A DNA stretch of 64,000 nucleotides from Harriotta raleighana. Lineage: Eukaryota. Shown here one piece after another: positions 62,691-64,000 of the stretch. Under the pieces are notes generated by a model. The model saw only the letters and a list, made by a program, of their open reading frames with translations. It was not told where the DNA came from and searched no databases. The DNA lies in the NCBI GenBank assembly GCA_050575255.1, contig JBNZDD010013718.1, positions 7,432,579-7,496,578 of the forward strand. The letters are read 5' to 3'. The position numbers and the translations under genes are program-made. Each line of letters starts with the position of its first letter. Position 1 is the first letter of the stretch.

Positions 62691-63018
62691 GGAGCTCCTG
62701 TGGCTCAGTGGTTAGAGCACTTGCCTTACAAGCTTTACAAGCATGAGATCTGTGTTCGAATCCAGGCAGATCAGGGCGAAACATTGGGCAAGTTTCCTTC
62801 CTCCACATGCCTAATAATAATCCCTCAAAAAAAACACAATAATTAAATTGGTCATTTCAATCCACGACTGTTTGTGGGACACTGCTGTGTGCAATTGGCT
62901 GCCACTTTCCGCCCATAAATATACAGTCAATTCACTTTACAGTATTTTCTGTGACGAGCTTTGGGACGTTGATAAGATGTGAAAAGCTATATCAAAGGCA
63001 AGGATTATTATTATTATT
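62691..63018 (+). mobile_element. tRNA-derived SINE, full length
   Basis: A-box tggctcagtggttagagc, B-box gttcgaatcc, (TTA)n tail; abuts an L2-like fragment. Confidence 0.9.
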
Positions 63019-64000
63019 AGTATCATAAATAGTTAGTTGAGACCAGATCCACTCCTAGTATGACATAATTGCACATCTTCAAACTTGTCATTCTCATTTT
63101 TACTTCATGAGGGCTCGTAAACGATGTTTCGATTGTAATTGTTTTTCATTTATTGATAGAACATCGTATTTCTTAATGTTCATACTATATATGATGCCTT
63201 TTGCTTCTTAAATGTTAAAGTATGTGCTTGAGATTAAATCCCTCTGCCACAATTTTGCTTTTTTCCTTTTGTCCCTATTAATTTGTTTGCTTTTACCCTC
63301 TCTTTCCCTCCCTTCCCATTTCCATTGAGGTCAATTGCATCGCTTTCACAAGTGATCCAGCTCAGATTAATGAATTCAGCACAGACCAGTGATAGAATCT
63401 GTGACATATGTACTACAATACATGCACATACAGTGAACCATTAAAACAGTCAGTCTTGTGTGTTTTTTTAATGAACTGAAGAAGAATTGATCACACTCTC
63501 CTTTAACCTCTTATGAGTTGCAGATTCCCCACTTAGAAACAACCTGCTTTTAAAAGTAATGTGTAATTCAATTAAATATCTTCTCTGTTCAGCCTCAGAG
63601 ACTTGTCATCTGCTAAGAAAGTAAAGCAGAAGCATATTACTGTTGGCCTAGAGTAATCACTGCCAAGTGTCTGCTTGCTAATACTTTTTTTTAATGTAGT
63701 TGGCACTATTAAAGGGATCTGTCTTTCTCTTAGCATAGTCATAGCTGACTTTTGCTATAATGCCATGGAAAGAAACTTAAAAGGTAAATTTCCTTGCTTG
63801 ACATTTATAGCATTGTTGATTAAGATATGATTGCAACTACAGCTAATTATTGTAAAAACATATGTTCGGTACATAATTGCTGAACCATTTCTAAAATACT
63901 TGTTCTGTGCTTAGTTTGTNATTTTGCTGAACCATTTCTAAAATACTTGTTCTGTGCTTAGTTTGTCATTCTCGATCAGGAATTGTGGTAAATGTGATTC

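Noticed and set aside
62691-62765. tRNA-like sequences with A and B boxes (also at 21264, 44977 and 59084)
   Set aside because: They are SINE heads continuing into SINE bodies, not cloverleaf tRNA genes.
63876-63966. Direct repeat of about 42 bp around a single N
   Set aside because: Typical contig-overlap artefact at a scaffold join.

Overview
Vertebrate genomic DNA, not prokaryotic. The tRNA-derived SINEs, Deu-domain SINEs, L2/CR1 remnants and palindromic elements suggest a cartilaginous fish, possibly a chimaera such as the elephant shark; this is inference. The gene set corresponds to the human 15q24 block. Four complete genes can be built by hand with GT-AG junctions and consistent phases: STRA6 (+, 17 coding exons, 669 aa), ISLR2/Linx (-, one coding exon, 654 aa), STOML1 (-, 7 exons, 399 aa) and MPI (-, 8 exons, 420 aa). 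The first coding exon of SCAMP2 (+) lies head-to-head with MPI. No ISLR or PML coding sequence is visible between these genes. I found no wholly new multi-gene system. The strongest leads are: (1) STRA6 lacks both RBP4-binding glycines and the cytoplasmic phospho-tyrosine; (2) a perfect internal splice donor in STRA6 coding exon 8 would give a frameshifted or TM-skipped isoform; (3) a candidate intronic RARE; (4) a RalB-like CCLL CaaX end on MPI; (5) two long fold-back elements in SCAMP2 intron 1. Comparisons with mammalian proteins are from recalled sequences and were not computed.
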